Source: Entomortierella parvispora E1425 (lineage: Eukaryota; Fungi; Mortierellomycota). Taken from it: a DNA stretch of 64,000 nt. Where the stretch lies: assembly GCA_020891255.1 (NCBI GenBank), contig BQFW01000002.1:930001-994000 (forward strand), given 5' to 3'. Shown here one piece after another: positions 25,351-41,232 of the stretch; within the stretch, counting starts at the first letter, position 1, and every line of letters begins with the position of its first letter. The notes beneath the pieces are model-generated. The model did not search any database. It was not told the origin of the DNA and saw nothing but the letters and a program-made list of their open reading frames with translations. The translations under genes and the position numbers were made by a program.

Positions 25351-26420
25351 CTAGTTTGATTCCAAAAGATGCTCCAGCTTGACTTGCTTGAGCAAATCCA
25401 AGGTTCTTGATCTGTAGTCAGCCAAAACGTGATCGGGTCTTGAGGACCAGGCACTCGTCGACGCAGCGCCGCTTTCCTCGCTTTTGGCCTGCCCACAGCT
25501 GCTGCCCTTGCTGCAGGAGGAGGATGCAGTTCCATCTCCAGAGGCGGAAGAGGGCTTTGAGCAGCATCCGCTCTTCTGTGGAATCGCCGATTCCTCTTTA
25601 TCCCCCTTGTTATCGCTTTTACAGCAAGACTCGTTTCCACTCTTGGAGGATGATCCACCGCAGCATCCAGAGTCGGTCGTTTGCTGTTGAGTCTTTGAGG
25701 TAGAATTTGGTCCCAGGCCGTCATCAAAGTAGGCCTTGTCAAAGACCTTTGCGATATCGAGCTCAATCAATTCTTTGACCAGATCAGAGGCGGTCTGGAT
25801 CCAAGTTTTTTGCTGAGTTTCATCGAGACTGCGGAGCAAATCGGTCGAGCTAGTGTTGCTGGCACCGCGGGAGGAGGATTGGATGTACTCCAACAAAGGG
25901 CTTTTTTGTTTTTTGTTGCAGGTGGACAGAGAAGGAGAAAGACATTGTCAGCATGGTTCCAGGGATTCCTTATTTACATTGTCGAGCGATAGAAGGCAGG
26001 TTGAGGAAGTTTTAAATACCTGATCAGCCCACGAAGTCTTCCCAGTTCATGGCCGTATTGGACGCCCTCTGACCATCCCTGGTTGAAGCCATCCTGGAGT
26101 GTACTTTCTTTTCCTTCTTCGATACCCTCAAGGTAGCCGCTCTAATGTATGATTTGCAAAAGGAATAGATTCTTTAATTTCCAGGCATGCAAAAGTATGA
26201 TCAAGAGGAAAGGAGGATGATAAAAAAACAAAAAAAAACTCACGTTGCCAAAGTTTTCATGAAGTCGAGACCACTCTCGCTCAGCAATGGAGCGGTCATA
26301 AGAGACATTGTCGTCGTCGCCCCAAATGTCGTCGTCGTTACCGCTGCCATTGCCACTGTCTGAGCCCTTGTCTGAGGACCAGGTGGGGCTGGCATTCGTC
26401 CTGGAGTCGCGATCAGTCAT
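25351..26420 (-). CDS. YAE1: Yae1 (Fe-S delivery adaptor for Rli1/ABCE1) with Cys-rich insertion, 3 exons
   Basis: D-rich N-terminus, EREWSRLHENFGN|SGYLEGIEEGKESTLQDGFNQGWSEG...LGRLRGLI (deca-GX3 motif), spliced to ORF 25351-25896. Confidence 0.85.
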
Positions 26421-26645
26421 TGCGTAAAGGAATGAAGAAGGGAATGATTTCGATTCCTAAGCTGCTGATTCTGACTTTTGCCACTGAAATTTCAAACCCC
26501 GAACACAGGGCTACACCCGTCACAGCATTGGACCCACAAGGGAACATGACATGCATGCATGCTTCCTTCCTTCTTACCCGACTCTGCCTTCCTAGCACTC
26601 ATTCCTCTTTTCCACATTCCTACATCAGTTCTACATACACACGCC

Positions 26646-26954
26646 ATGTCTTCCTCCGGCTCAGTCTCCAGTGCATCCTTCCAAAAGTCTGCATCATCCT
26701 CGTCGTCATCTAGCACTAACATCGCTCCTGGCACCTTGGCCAAGCTCGCATTCTTCACCATCGCCATGATCGTCTTTCCTATTGGCACCTACTTTCTGAC
26801 TATCGACAACTACTTTGGTGGTAACGCCACCTACGCCGGTATCAGTGCCGCCATCGTCGCCAACCTCGTCCTCTTTGCCTATGTCATTGCCGCTGTTCTC
26901 GAGGACTCACAGGCCAGCCAACGTTCGCCCGTCAACGCCAAGAAACAACAATAG
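26646..26954 (+). CDS. VMA21: V-ATPase assembly factor Vma21, intronless
   Basis: Two TM helices (KLAFFTIAMIVFPIGTYF; YAGISAAIVANLVLFAYVIAAV) and C-terminal KKxx ER-retrieval signal KKQQ*. Confidence 0.9.
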   Translation: MSSSGSVSSASFQKSASSSSSSSTNIAPGTLAKLAFFTIAMIVFPIGTYFLTIDNYFGGNATYAGISAAIVANLVLFAYVIAAVLEDSQASQRSPVNAKKQQ

Positions 26955-27248
26955 CGCGAATAAAAAGCAAGAACTCCAATTCTCCATCTTTTCCACAAAA
27001 AAAAAAAAAAAACGCAAAACCAATGACACGTTCCCACCTACGCGTGGCATTCGAATCGCTTCAAGGATCCACTATTTTTCTTAATTTTTTGGTGTTTGGT
27101 CCAAACGACCATGTCTTTATATTCAGTTTTTTTTCCCACCGTGTCATCGATTCTCAATCCTCGTTTTGTCATTTTTCCTTTTGTTTTTCCTGATAGAAAG
27201 ACTAGAGGGCGATGATTAGAGCCGAGACCATGGAAATAGATAACGTTC

Positions 27249-29032
27249 TCACTTGGCAGAAAGCTCGGCACCAATACGGTATGTGAGAATCTAGATGTGG
27301 ACATGAATAGGTTGGACGTGTCAGTTCAGAGGACGAGCAATCAGATTTTCAAGAAGTGAGAGAGGCAAGGAGGACGACTTGTTTACCTTGTTCCAGTCGA
27401 CCTTTGTGCGCGTGTATGGCAGAGCACGGCGGAGGCCGTTGAAGGTATCATCAGCCAAGTCGCGATAACTCTCGTTCAAGGCCGTCTGGTATTTGAGTTC
27501 TGCTGCAGCAATCAGGTCAACGAACGCTTTGGCGATCACCTTGTGCTAATTTCACAAAAGAAAGGAAAAAGAAACATTTGAGCTTGGCGGAAAAAAGAAA
27601 GTGCCATGAAGGATTCAACGTCTGCGTGTATAAGAAGCTAAGTTAGGAGCCAAATCTTACGGGTTCGGTAGAAAACTTGGACAACTTATCCTCGACGTCC
27701 TTGGATGTCTCCAATTGCACGTTGCCATCCTCATAGTAGTGGACCTTGCACTTTAATGCGCCCTTTACCGCATTTGTTGCCGTATCCAAAGTCCAGACTG
27801 ATCTCCAGCGTCCATTCCTAGAATGCAAACGATCAAGAGGAGCGCGTCAGAATCCTATCCTCTCTCCTGATCGCCACAACTCCTTTGTATCCTTCAAGGA
27901 AGCAGAGATGGAGATAAAGAAAACAAAGGCGAAAAAGAACTGCAAACGTTTCACCTTACCAGTAGTTGCTAGGACTGTATCGGTTATGGACAATGGCGAC
28001 AGTGATCACTCCGTTGGATCCATAGATGGCCGAGACACCCTCAGCATAACGATCCGCGACGTATTCCTCTGCGTGGGCCTCAATTACTTTACTATGGGAC
28101 CGTGAAAAAAGCATAGATGACACCCTGTTAATCCGATTTTCCAGACCAGATACGCGTGCCGCTGACAAGTTGGTTGTTCTTTGCCTCCTTTCATAGCAAA
28201 ATGGTTCCATACCGAAGCTCCTCGATATCCTCATCGACAGTGTGGGGTTCAATGTCGGAGACAGTCTATAAAAACAGAGTTGTGAAAGCAGTTGAGTCAT
28301 TGACGATGAGTCCCTTCTCCTTGCCTGTGTCTGCTAAAAGCCACCCTTGATTGTTTCCCTGTCGACACATACCTGACGAAGGTGGTCCAACTTAAAGGTC
28401 TGGTTCCTCTTGGGGTCCAAGAAGCGGTCGTTCTCAATCTGTCCATGCTTTGAGACAAGAACCTCAAAGGTCTAGAAAGTAGTGGGAAGTTCAAAAAAAA
28501 AAAAAAAAAAAAAAGAAGAGAAAGGGATAAGTGCCTGTCCTTGACCAATTGCCGAGATCATTGAGATAACGCCTCTCGAGGCAAATCCACCTCGCTCATT
28601 ACCTTGCCATCTTCCCCTGTCACTGTTACAGTCGCCAATTCCTCTGTGTTGTATTCCTCCACTGCGTTCATAATGCTTCCCGTGAATAGCTCGTCGTCGT
28701 CAACCAAAGCGCGGACATCTATTATGAACAAGCACAGCGAAAAATAAATTGGCGCGTCCACGAGTGAGTTCTCAAAGTCCACCAAAACAAGTCCACGATG
28801 TGCCGGCTAAAGGAAGTGTGGTCTGTCAATGATTTATTTACCATTAAAGACATCATTGATTTCGCCTAGAGAATACACCAAGAGAATGTCCCCGTTAAAG
28901 GTTAGCTGAAGTACGTTTGGTTGCTCATTTTGTAAATGTGAATGATGGTGTTCAGAGCAAAGGGACGGAACCTGGAGGAGCGGCCTTGATAAAGCCAGAG
29001 GCAATCTTGATTTTCTCTTCGTTGGTGGCCAT
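27249..29032 (-). CDS. CAPZA: F-actin capping protein alpha subunit, multi-exon
   Basis: [21 protein letters not shown]|EINDVFN|DVRALV; WNGRWRSVW; [12 protein letters not shown]; [15 protein letters not shown]|[13 protein letters not shown]. Confidence 0.93.
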
Positions 29033-29356
29033 GTTGTCAAGAAAAGGAGGTCGAGGAGGTCGAGATGTGGAGAATGAGGGATGAGTCTAAGAGGAAAAAG
29101 ATGAGTTCACGAATGCATGTCAGGGCACGAGTGAGAGCCGTTGCAGAGTCAAAAAATTTCACGTCACAGTTGCGCCTGCACCCCTTGGCAGAGATACTCA
29201 ATTGACGGAGTAAAGCCCTCTAGAGCACCACAACACTCGCACAGATAGCACCTTGCACATTGCACATTCAATAACTACAAAGGATGAGTTGAGAAAAATG
29301 ATGGTTTGTGGCGACTTCATTGAGAAAAAGCAGCATCCAAAAGCGGCTTCCTAAAT

Positions 29357-31030
29357 TTAGTTGGAGGCAGCACGGCGACGGTCACGCTCCTCGGCAATGG
29401 TCAAAGCGACACCCTTGCCCTTGGGGAGGGAGATCCAGGGCTTGTTGCCCTCACCAATAACGAAAACGTTGGAAAGACGGGTGGCGAACTGGCGGTCGAG
29501 AACATCCTTGATGTGGACGATATCGAAACCTCCGACGTGACGCTCACGGTGGGTGATGACACCGACACGGCCAGTGTTACGACCTCCGGTGACCATGGCG
29601 ACGTTACCGACCTCGAACTTGACGAACTCGTTGAACTTGCCAGTCTCCAAGTCAAGCTTGACGGTGTCGTTGACCTTGATCAAGGGATCGGGGTAACGGA
29701 GGGTGCGGCCATCGTGGGTGACAACGAAGGGGATTCCCTTGGCACCGAGCTGAACCTTCTTGACCTTGCACAACTTGTACTTGGCCTCCTCAGCGGTGAT
29801 GCGGTGGACGGTGAAGCGACCCTTGGTATCGTAGACCAAACGGAAGTTCTCACCGGTCTTCTCGATGGAGATGGCATCCATGAATCCAGCGGGGAAGGTG
29901 GAGTCGGTACGGACCTTTCCGTCGACCTTGACGAGACGCTGCATAAGGATGGACTGAACCTCCTTACCGTTGAGGGCGTACTTCAGACGGTTGCGCATCA
30001 AGATGACCAAAGGCAAGCACTCACGGAGCTTGTGAGGACCGGCAGTGGGACGGGGGGCCTATTGATTTTGAGGTAGCAAAGGAGCGACGGTTTGTAAGAA
30101 TAAGGCCAAAAAGATGCAGAGCCTTATCTCTGTCGAGAGTGACAATCCCGACGACGTAGCGATTTTTTTTGATGCAGATGTCTACAGACGGTCGTTCACA
30201 ATCCCAGCTGCTTCTCGATTCAGCCGTAAGTATCAGTCCTCGTTAATATCCATGGTATATCCTCTCAAAGAGCCCTGGGTAATATGATCGTCCAGTCCCA
30301 CAAAGGTTCTTTGTCTTGTCCGTGGCGTTTGGCGAGAGATATATAAAAAATAAAAAGAGTCCTAACATACATAGGTGCCGGTAAGCTTGTCAAGCATCCA
30401 GTGCTTGGGGGCGTTAAGACGCTTCAAGTGCTTTTTGGGTCCACGAGCCTAGATTGTCCAAGAAAAACGACAAAGACGACAATAAACGTTAGGTGATGTC
30501 TCTTTCATCCTTCCGAGATGGCTTGCTTTTCCTGGTTGTTGATTTCCTCCATGAGCAACTCCAGATCTAGTTGGTGAAGGGCAAGCTCTGCCAAAGTGTA
30601 TAGGCTGGATTCCAGGACTGTAAAAGAGTTTGCCATGATCTGCGTGTCGTAAAGAGTTCATTGATAGCTTGTATAGGTGATTGCCGAGAGATTGTCGACA
30701 AGGCTGCATGTCGGGAACATTCACTCAGTGGCGGGATTGAGTTTTCCTTGCTTATATTGCTTAGCTGGAAGGTGATCGCCCATTGTGTTCTCATCAGAGG
30801 TCTTGCAAGAGTCAAGATCTCTGCTTGGTCAAGGATGACGATGACGGGGAAAAAGCGCCATGAGCCGGCATGATGGATAGGGCGTCCTGGTAGTGCGATC
30901 GATGGATTGATGGATCGATGGTCGATGGTCGAAGATGGATGCATGGTGATCCAGTAGGTGTCTCTGTCCAGCGGTTTTTTCCAGTCCCCGCGCCTTGAGG
31001 TTCAACAGCAGGTCGCCAGTCACAAACCAT
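29357..31030 (-). CDS. RPS4: 40S ribosomal protein S4 (eS4), 3 exons; the first coding exon is the ATG alone
   Basis: ATG at 31030-31028 followed by GTTTGT donor; exon 2 [26 protein letters not shown]; exon 3 [17 protein letters not shown]...; strong codon bias. Confidence 0.95.
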
Positions 31031-31321
31031 TTTGAGAAAAAGAGGAGGAACAAGCCGAGAGCCCCTCTGCAGCGCTGGGATATCCCTGTGGACCTATGAC
31101 ATCTAAGCCACAGCTTTGGACTGGCGCCACCAAATTTGAGTGTTTCTCCCCTTCGTTTCTGTTCGTTTGCTGCGTTCTTTGTCAAGGAGAGGCAGCCAAG
31201 GTCCATACATTGCATTGCCGTATCATAGATCAGGCGTTGTTTTATTTTTATCATATCTTCAAAGAAAAAAAAAAAAAACAAAAAAAACAAAAAAACAAAA
31301 AACAAAAAATAAAGAAAACTG

Positions 31322-31851
31322 TTATGGTAGGGTATTCAGAGAGATCGCACTCGTCAATGGTCCGGCGTTGAGATATAGTGAACTCGCAGAGTCGGTTCTA
31401 AAACTACTGCTTTCCTCCTTGACTTTCTCCGTTGTTATATTCCAGTCATAATCGCCTACGTACCCGCCGCCCATCATGCTCTCTTCGTCGTAGTCAGAGT
31501 CGTCTCTGGATGAGGGTTGCGTCAATTGACCGTTCTCGAACAAGTTTTTGCTAGGTGATCTGGCGTGGGAGTTGCTGTCTTGGAGAGGAACGACCTGATC
31601 TGAACCGGCGATCCGAGGCTCGGATGTAGCATGCAGAGGATCGTACCGTGGTTTCTCCTCAGTGAGCGGTCCCTTGTCTACACCTCCGTTTACAAGGGTC
31701 GAAGGGACATCGCGCTCACCGACGTGTGTAACTTCTTCATCCTGATCAAGCAGGATGTTTTGTTGAGTTGGAGGTTGCCGTTGTTGTTGAAACTGAAATG
31801 GAGATTGCTGCTGAGGTTGTTCTTCTAGTTGTTGTTGCTGTAGCAGTAGCT

Positions 31852-31897
<46 letters not shown>

Positions 31898-34768
31898 GAT
31901 CACGCCAAGGTACCAGAACATCATGTTTGAAATCAAGACCTGGTCATGAAGAGGGCGTCTGGGATTTGCGAGCTTGACGTGCGACATTCGGTAAATGGCT
32001 CGCTCGATATGGATCGGCATCCTACTCGGGTCATTCTCATACTCCATGCCTGGTTCTATCGGTCCACTGTGACGGCCTATGACGGCGGAGGTCGTCATGG
32101 TCTGGACCTTGGATAACGCCACGGTTTTACCATTTCGAGAGAACAACTGCGAGAGAGTTGATTGCTTCTTGATGACCACTTGCTGCTGCCCATCTTCTTG
32201 GAGATGCGCTCCATTGGAAGTTTGGTGCAAAGATTTCTGACTACTCTCCGATGTCTTGTCTCCATTTTTGTCCTTCTTGAACCACAGCCATTTCTTGGAG
32301 GATGAGGAAGTGGGCGGTCCAGGTGGAGTGTTGTCTGTCGATCCAACCTTCTTGTTTGTGATGGGGGGTCCAGTTGTAACAGGTGGTGTCGGTTGAGTGA
32401 CACGCGGTGGCGGAGGGATTGGGTGGGATGCGGGTTGCTGCAAAAGATTGTGGGTCAGCTTCGTTGGAGGGGGGATAGGGTATGTAACCGAAGAAGTGAC
32501 CACGGTCTTCAAACGATCCTGGACAGGAATTTGATCTCCTGCAATGGGCACTTCACGGTGTTGATCAAATCCATGAGGTACAGCAGTAGGTACGGGATTC
32601 GGGCGGTCCAGTTCACGCCGTTGCTGTTCGAGCAATTGAGGTTCAATATAAGTCGTGATGGTTGGTTTGGAGGGATCACGCAAGGTGGACACAAATCGCT
32701 TAAAAGGTCGAGGTGCTGGTTGAGCCATTGAGTTTATCTCGTCAGTGTTTCCCTCCTGAGCATTCTGAGTCAAGGTCGAGGACTCTTCAGTAGGGGTAGT
32801 TGCAGATGGCAAAGGCGAGGGCAACGGGAGTGGACCTGGATCCACCAGGGTCACGGCCGGGTATTCTCCATTCTCGTCCACAGATTGTCGTAAACGCGAC
32901 GCGTCATTATGAATTTCCATAGATGCCGTCGAGTCTCTCCTGATTTTTGTACGTGCGCTTCGTCTAAGTAAAGACATACCGCCCTTCCTGAGTCCACCCG
33001 CACTTTTTGCTGATGCCAGGTCTTGGGACGAAATATCCTCATTGTCTTGCGAGACTAAGCCAGGAAAGAATAGTGACAGTCATAAAACGACGGGAACACG
33101 GTTAGAGGCATGAGCTGCGGGAAGAGCATTAGTTCCGTGGGATGGTGCAGACAAACGTCATTCTTACTCGTTTCCGGGGCAGAGTGGCTAATTGCGCGTC
33201 TGAGCGAAGCTTTCATCTTCAGAGGTGGCTCGCCCATCTGCTCCAGGGGAACAGAGAACACGCCTGATAAAAAATCGGGCTCAGAAGAGTCCCGAGCTCC
33301 GCTTAGTGTTGGGATCGTGATAGGGCTAGGCTGCTTCTTGCGTCTGCTAGAGGTATTGTGAGAGTCCTCCGTCTCCTCGTCCTCGTCCTCATCCTCATCT
33401 TCCTCGGGCGTGTATTGTTCAGAGAGGATGGATTTGCGTCGAGAGACGGATGGTTTTCTGGTCATCAGATGAGAGCCTGTCTCGTCCGTGATGTCGACAC
33501 CGTGCTTGGTCAGCCATTTGTTGTATTCGTTTGGAGCAATCTCTGGATGTCTGTGGAACGGGACCTGCCAGCCCATCGAAACGCGTAAATTAAATAAATT
33601 AGTGTCTGAGGCGCCAGTGCACTGCAATGACGATTTTTGTTGTTATTTTCTTTTTCAGGTTCTGATCTTTTTACGGGCAGGTACATACCCAAAACAAGTG
33701 TGAGGGATCATCCTCAGTCTCGATCTGGACCTCCTTGATGTCTTCGCGGACGTTAGGCAGCTGTTGCACCGCGGCTGGGGATCCTTGGCCCACATCTGTG
33801 ACATATTCTTGTAGCAACCCTGTAGAATCTGACGCAGCCGAACGTTCTATCGTGGAGCGAGCTTTTGAATCTGGATTCTCATCTACACTCTCGGTGACCA
33901 CAACCGAGACCTGTGTTTGCAGTTCGGCAGTAATCGGCCGTGGATGAGAGGGAGAGGTCTGTGACAAAGGGCGCTCTTCGTGAGAAGCACACGATATAGA
34001 CGAGTGAGTTCCTGCGCGGGGCTGTGAGGACGTTATCTAAAACACAAAGTTGGCGAGAAGGGTGAGCCTCCTGGGAAAAACAGCAATACCAATAAAATCA
34101 CACGAGGAAGATCCGGTGCAGGGGACACGTCCACACCTTGTCATGATGATCATCCCTCCCTCTCAATCCACTAGCTCAGCGCACCGTGCTCATCAAAGGT
34201 GACGCCTATCCCACATGGAAATCGATTCTCTACTCTTCCCGTTCAAGGATGCTCTCCTGCAAAATGGGTAGAACTCATTGCTATTGAAGGCGAACCTCAT
34301 TCCCAGGCTCATCAAAAGCCGTTTCGTCGATACATTTGCTGACTACCATACCTTCTGCTTTCTTGAAGGGTATCCGTTGACCTGCGGGGAGACCATGTTG
34401 TCGCCACTAAGGGAGGTGTCGTTGTCAAGGGCAATGACCTGTAATTGAGGTGTACCCTTGACAGCGGTGCCCTTTGGCTTTGTTGGGTCGAGCGGGGTCA
34501 TGGCAGTAGAAGAGTATAAAAGAGGACCTGCGCCGCCCTGAACTGAATAGGCTTGGATCGCGGGGAGGCTGTGATTCACAAGAGAAATGAAAGCTGAGCC
34601 TTCTGTGGACATGGGACCAAAGGGAGAGGGCAGAGAAAGTGAGAGTAACCCAGGGCCCTGTTTCGGGGAGTCAGGTATTCCTTTTGGTAGATGCCGAACA
34701 GACGTGGGGTCTCTGTCAGCCCCTTTGGGTGCGGTGTAGGATGTTTGAGATGATTCGAACAAAGGCAC
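31322..34768 (-). CDS. ZDS1: Zds1-like PP2A(Cdc55) regulator, multi-exon, 5' end unresolved
   Basis: Zds_C motif IERAIYRMSHVKLANPRRPLHDQVLISNMMFWYL; N-terminal conserved DDPSHLFW|VPFHRHPEIAPNEYNKWL; 15-Q run (31853-31897) of alternating CAG/CAA. Exons above 34040 are tentative. Confidence 0.8.
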
Positions 34769-35871
34769 TATCGATTACTGCCGCAACGGAGCAGAACAGG
34801 TTCTTGCGAACAAAATAAAAAGAGGAAAAAGGGAGAGCAGAAAGCGACCCAGGCGAGTGGGAGAGGGTCGTTCCTCTTGATTCCGCTACTCGGTGTCGGT
34901 GTTGTGCAGATCACTATGGCGAGGAAGAATCGTCCCTCCAGGGGATCAAAAGGTGTTATTCAAGAGTGCTTTCCCACGCAACACAAGACGCCAATTGGTA
35001 CTTTGGACAGAGCAGATGGCGACAGAAGGAGAGATAAAGGTAGAGAAAGAGGATAAGAGAAAGGGTTGAGAGAGCATTGACCAGTGCCGTGTGGTAAAGT
35101 GCAGGGGGTTCACTCCAAAAGAATTTATCAGCTGCGACTCCTTTGTGCAGCGGGCGAAGGAAAGTGCAACGGCAGGGAGGTCCGCACAGTGGCGGTGCAG
35201 TGTTGACCTGGGCAGGCCGACGGTCAAGTCCCGAGGCAGATGTGCACTGGGTCATGTGGGCGGGAAGGAAGGGAGAGGAGGCAATGCAGAAGGAATCGCA
35301 AGCAGCATGGCGTTTTAGGAACCTACATTCCCGCTGTGAAGCGGCGGGTAGGGGAAGAGAGTCGAGCTTGTGTAGAGAGTGGTTTGGCTTCGGGGCTGGT
35401 GGAGTCAGTATAGGTGATAGCAGTTGCGATGGTACCGGTCGCCGACGTGGTCGCAGTGGAAGAGTCGCGTTCGATGCTCAACGAAGTTGGGAGAACAAGA
35501 GAGAAGGGAGAGAGAGAGAGAGAAAGAGAGAGAGGGGGGGGGGGGGACGGACAAGGGGCGTTGACGGGAAGGACAAAAAGAAGGAAGGAAAGAAAGAAGG
35601 AAGAGAGGAAAGAGGGGAAGAGGGGACAGAGAGCATGGAGTCCACTTCCACCACAACCCCAGACCAGCAACGCCAATTTTCATGCTGTGTGCTTGGACCT
35701 TGCTGGACTATTTCCTCTTTCTTCCAGGCAGGGAAAAATGAGTCCCAAAGCTTCGCCCCATCCCAAGAACCAAAGGCCAGGAACGTCCTTCTAGCTGCAG
35801 ATTAGGAAAAAATAGGGAGTCCTTGCGGGGGTTTTTATTTTTTATTTTCTATGTCAATCAGCGATGCTGTG

Positions 35872-39013
<3,142 letters not shown>

Positions 39014-39143
39014 TCGGGGAGTGGGATGGGGATGTATGGATGGGTATGCCGGGAAGAATTAATGCGGAAGAGAGTCGCATCCACTTCGCCCATTTCGTGC
39101 CTCGGGAGCGTGCCGTATTATCACGTGATTACACCATTCTCAT

Positions 39144-41232
39144 TTAGTCCGACTCTTCTGCAGCGACTACATCTAAATAGGTATCTTGAGCTAGGGTTGC
39201 CTCTAGGTCTGAGAGTTCAGTGCCCGCTAGCTTCTGTGTCACTTGCTCCGACAGTGAGAATGAGCGCGAGTTTCTCCTTGAAGAGCGATGCTTCATGAAC
39301 GCCCCAACGGCTCCGAGGTAACCCTCGTGTCGGAGGAAGAGCGCCTTGATCGATCCCTTCGACCAAAAGTTGATTGCATAGGACAGAGTATTCATCGTGA
39401 CGGGGTGACCTACATTAAATACAGCGGCGCTGATGTTAGATACTATCGCCGCTTCTCACATGAAAACACTTCCAATGTCAAGCTTTTTACCTCGAATAAA
39501 GCAGCCACCAAAGTAGATTTTACTCAAACCGTGGACCTTTGCATTGAGATAAGCAATTTGCCCAATATTGTTACTAAAGTGCAAACGGGAGATGCAGCTC
39601 CATGTTAGATTACGCGTCGGCAGCGCCAACAGAATCGGATGATGAGTTCATTGTGACGGGCCACATACCTGACCATGTAGAGCAAAGACCGAGAAATATC
39701 TTCGGATTTGAACGAACGCTTGTCTACATTTTTCTTGAAGACTTTCCCCATGGACGAGGCAATGGTTGTGGACTTGAGTCCAATCTTCGAGTAATCTGTG
39801 CCGTAGATGTCGCCTACAAGCATGTCTACATTCCTGTTATCGCCATCTTGACTTGCTTCCAGCATTTCTAGTGCAACACGTTGCGATAACAGTTAGGCAA
39901 AGATCTTTGATGTTTGACAGGAAAATGGTTTGCTGTTTGAGCCTTACCATCGAACGTCTTTGCTCCTGTCAACAAGGACAAAAGGCCCCAAAGTGTTCCT
40001 CCTCCTAGCTTTGAGATTACAAGAGATCGTCACAGTCAATCGCAAATTCCGCGCAACCGAACTTTTTGATTCACAGGTTGGCGTAAGATGTCCTACTGAG
40101 GTTCCGCTGATTCGCTCAAACGAGGTGGCGCTAGTCACTTTCAGAATACTAAGGATCAAAAGCATGGATGGTGCATTGTCAGTGTCTACTCAGTAACAGG
40201 TTGAAATGCAGACTCATTCGGCGACCCATACCTGACTCCGGATCCAATGTTGACCAACTGTTTCAAAAATAGGCAAGAGGTGTGAGAAATCCTTGGTCAG
40301 GTCAACATGCCAAATGACTTTCAACGTTCAATTGAGCTGCAAGGTGTCGTCGAAGTATCATTACCATGTACGGAAACGGGTCCTCTGGAGTTTCTTCGAA
40401 ACACATTGGGTTGGTTTCGCTGTAGGTAAAGACCTCGAAGGGAATTTCAGTGATCAGGAAGTTGAGACCTTCCAGAAGTAACGAGGTGCGCCCAAGGGGA
40501 GGAGAGAAAACACAGGACGATTAGTTCTCCGGCCTCTTGATCATCAGCAAAGTCGTTGGTTCCCAGTGCCATACCTGTGATGAGGCACTCCATCTCGTCC
40601 TCACGGTGAATGCTCACTCCCAACTCCTCCTTGAAACGTTCATAATAAAGGTGCGCGCCGCCTCCGGTGGCCTTGATAACAAATTCATGCCCTGGTCGGT
40701 TCGCCCGAGACTCGTCCAGCAAACGGCGGATGAATGCAACACACTCATCAATCTTTTCCGTCTCGAATTTACGAAAGTTCAACCGACCACCCTTGGTGCC
40801 TGTTCTGCGGGAAAAGTATACGACCTTTGCAAGCGATCCGCCAACCTAGATCACCATTAGTCAGAAAAAAAAATGAGTACCTCAACAGCGCACAAACAAC
40901 CATTATCATCCGACTGCGCTGCCGAACCAATTGATCCAAGTCCGGATCAAGAAGAACATCCGATGCAGACGGTGGGCCCAGAAAGCAGGCTCTCGCTGAT
41001 CCGATCCGCTGAGGGCTGATATTCTTCTTGTTCAACGACCTGGCAGGTGCATTTGCAGATCGGATGGGGAGAGCGCAGTCGACAGGACGGCAATGAGAAA
41101 ACCAGGCAATGTACTTACATCCACTGAGATCTGGGAGACATGTTCTGTGTTTGGGAGTTGAATGTCTCTGGCTTCGCCTTGAACGATAAGCTCTTCATCA
41201 CAAATGGATGCACCGACGAGGTTCATAGTCAT
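39144..41232 (-). CDS. CAB1: Type II pantothenate kinase, multi-exon
   Basis: ISVD|[10 protein letters not shown]; [11 protein letters not shown]; [10 protein letters not shown]; LVNIGSGVS; [15 protein letters not shown]; ASSMGKVF; YAINFWSKG...[14 protein letters not shown]. Confidence 0.95.

Noticed and set aside
29401-30076. 187-aa antisense and shifted-frame ORFs over RPS4
   Set aside because: Expected shadow ORFs from extreme codon bias in a ribosomal-protein gene.
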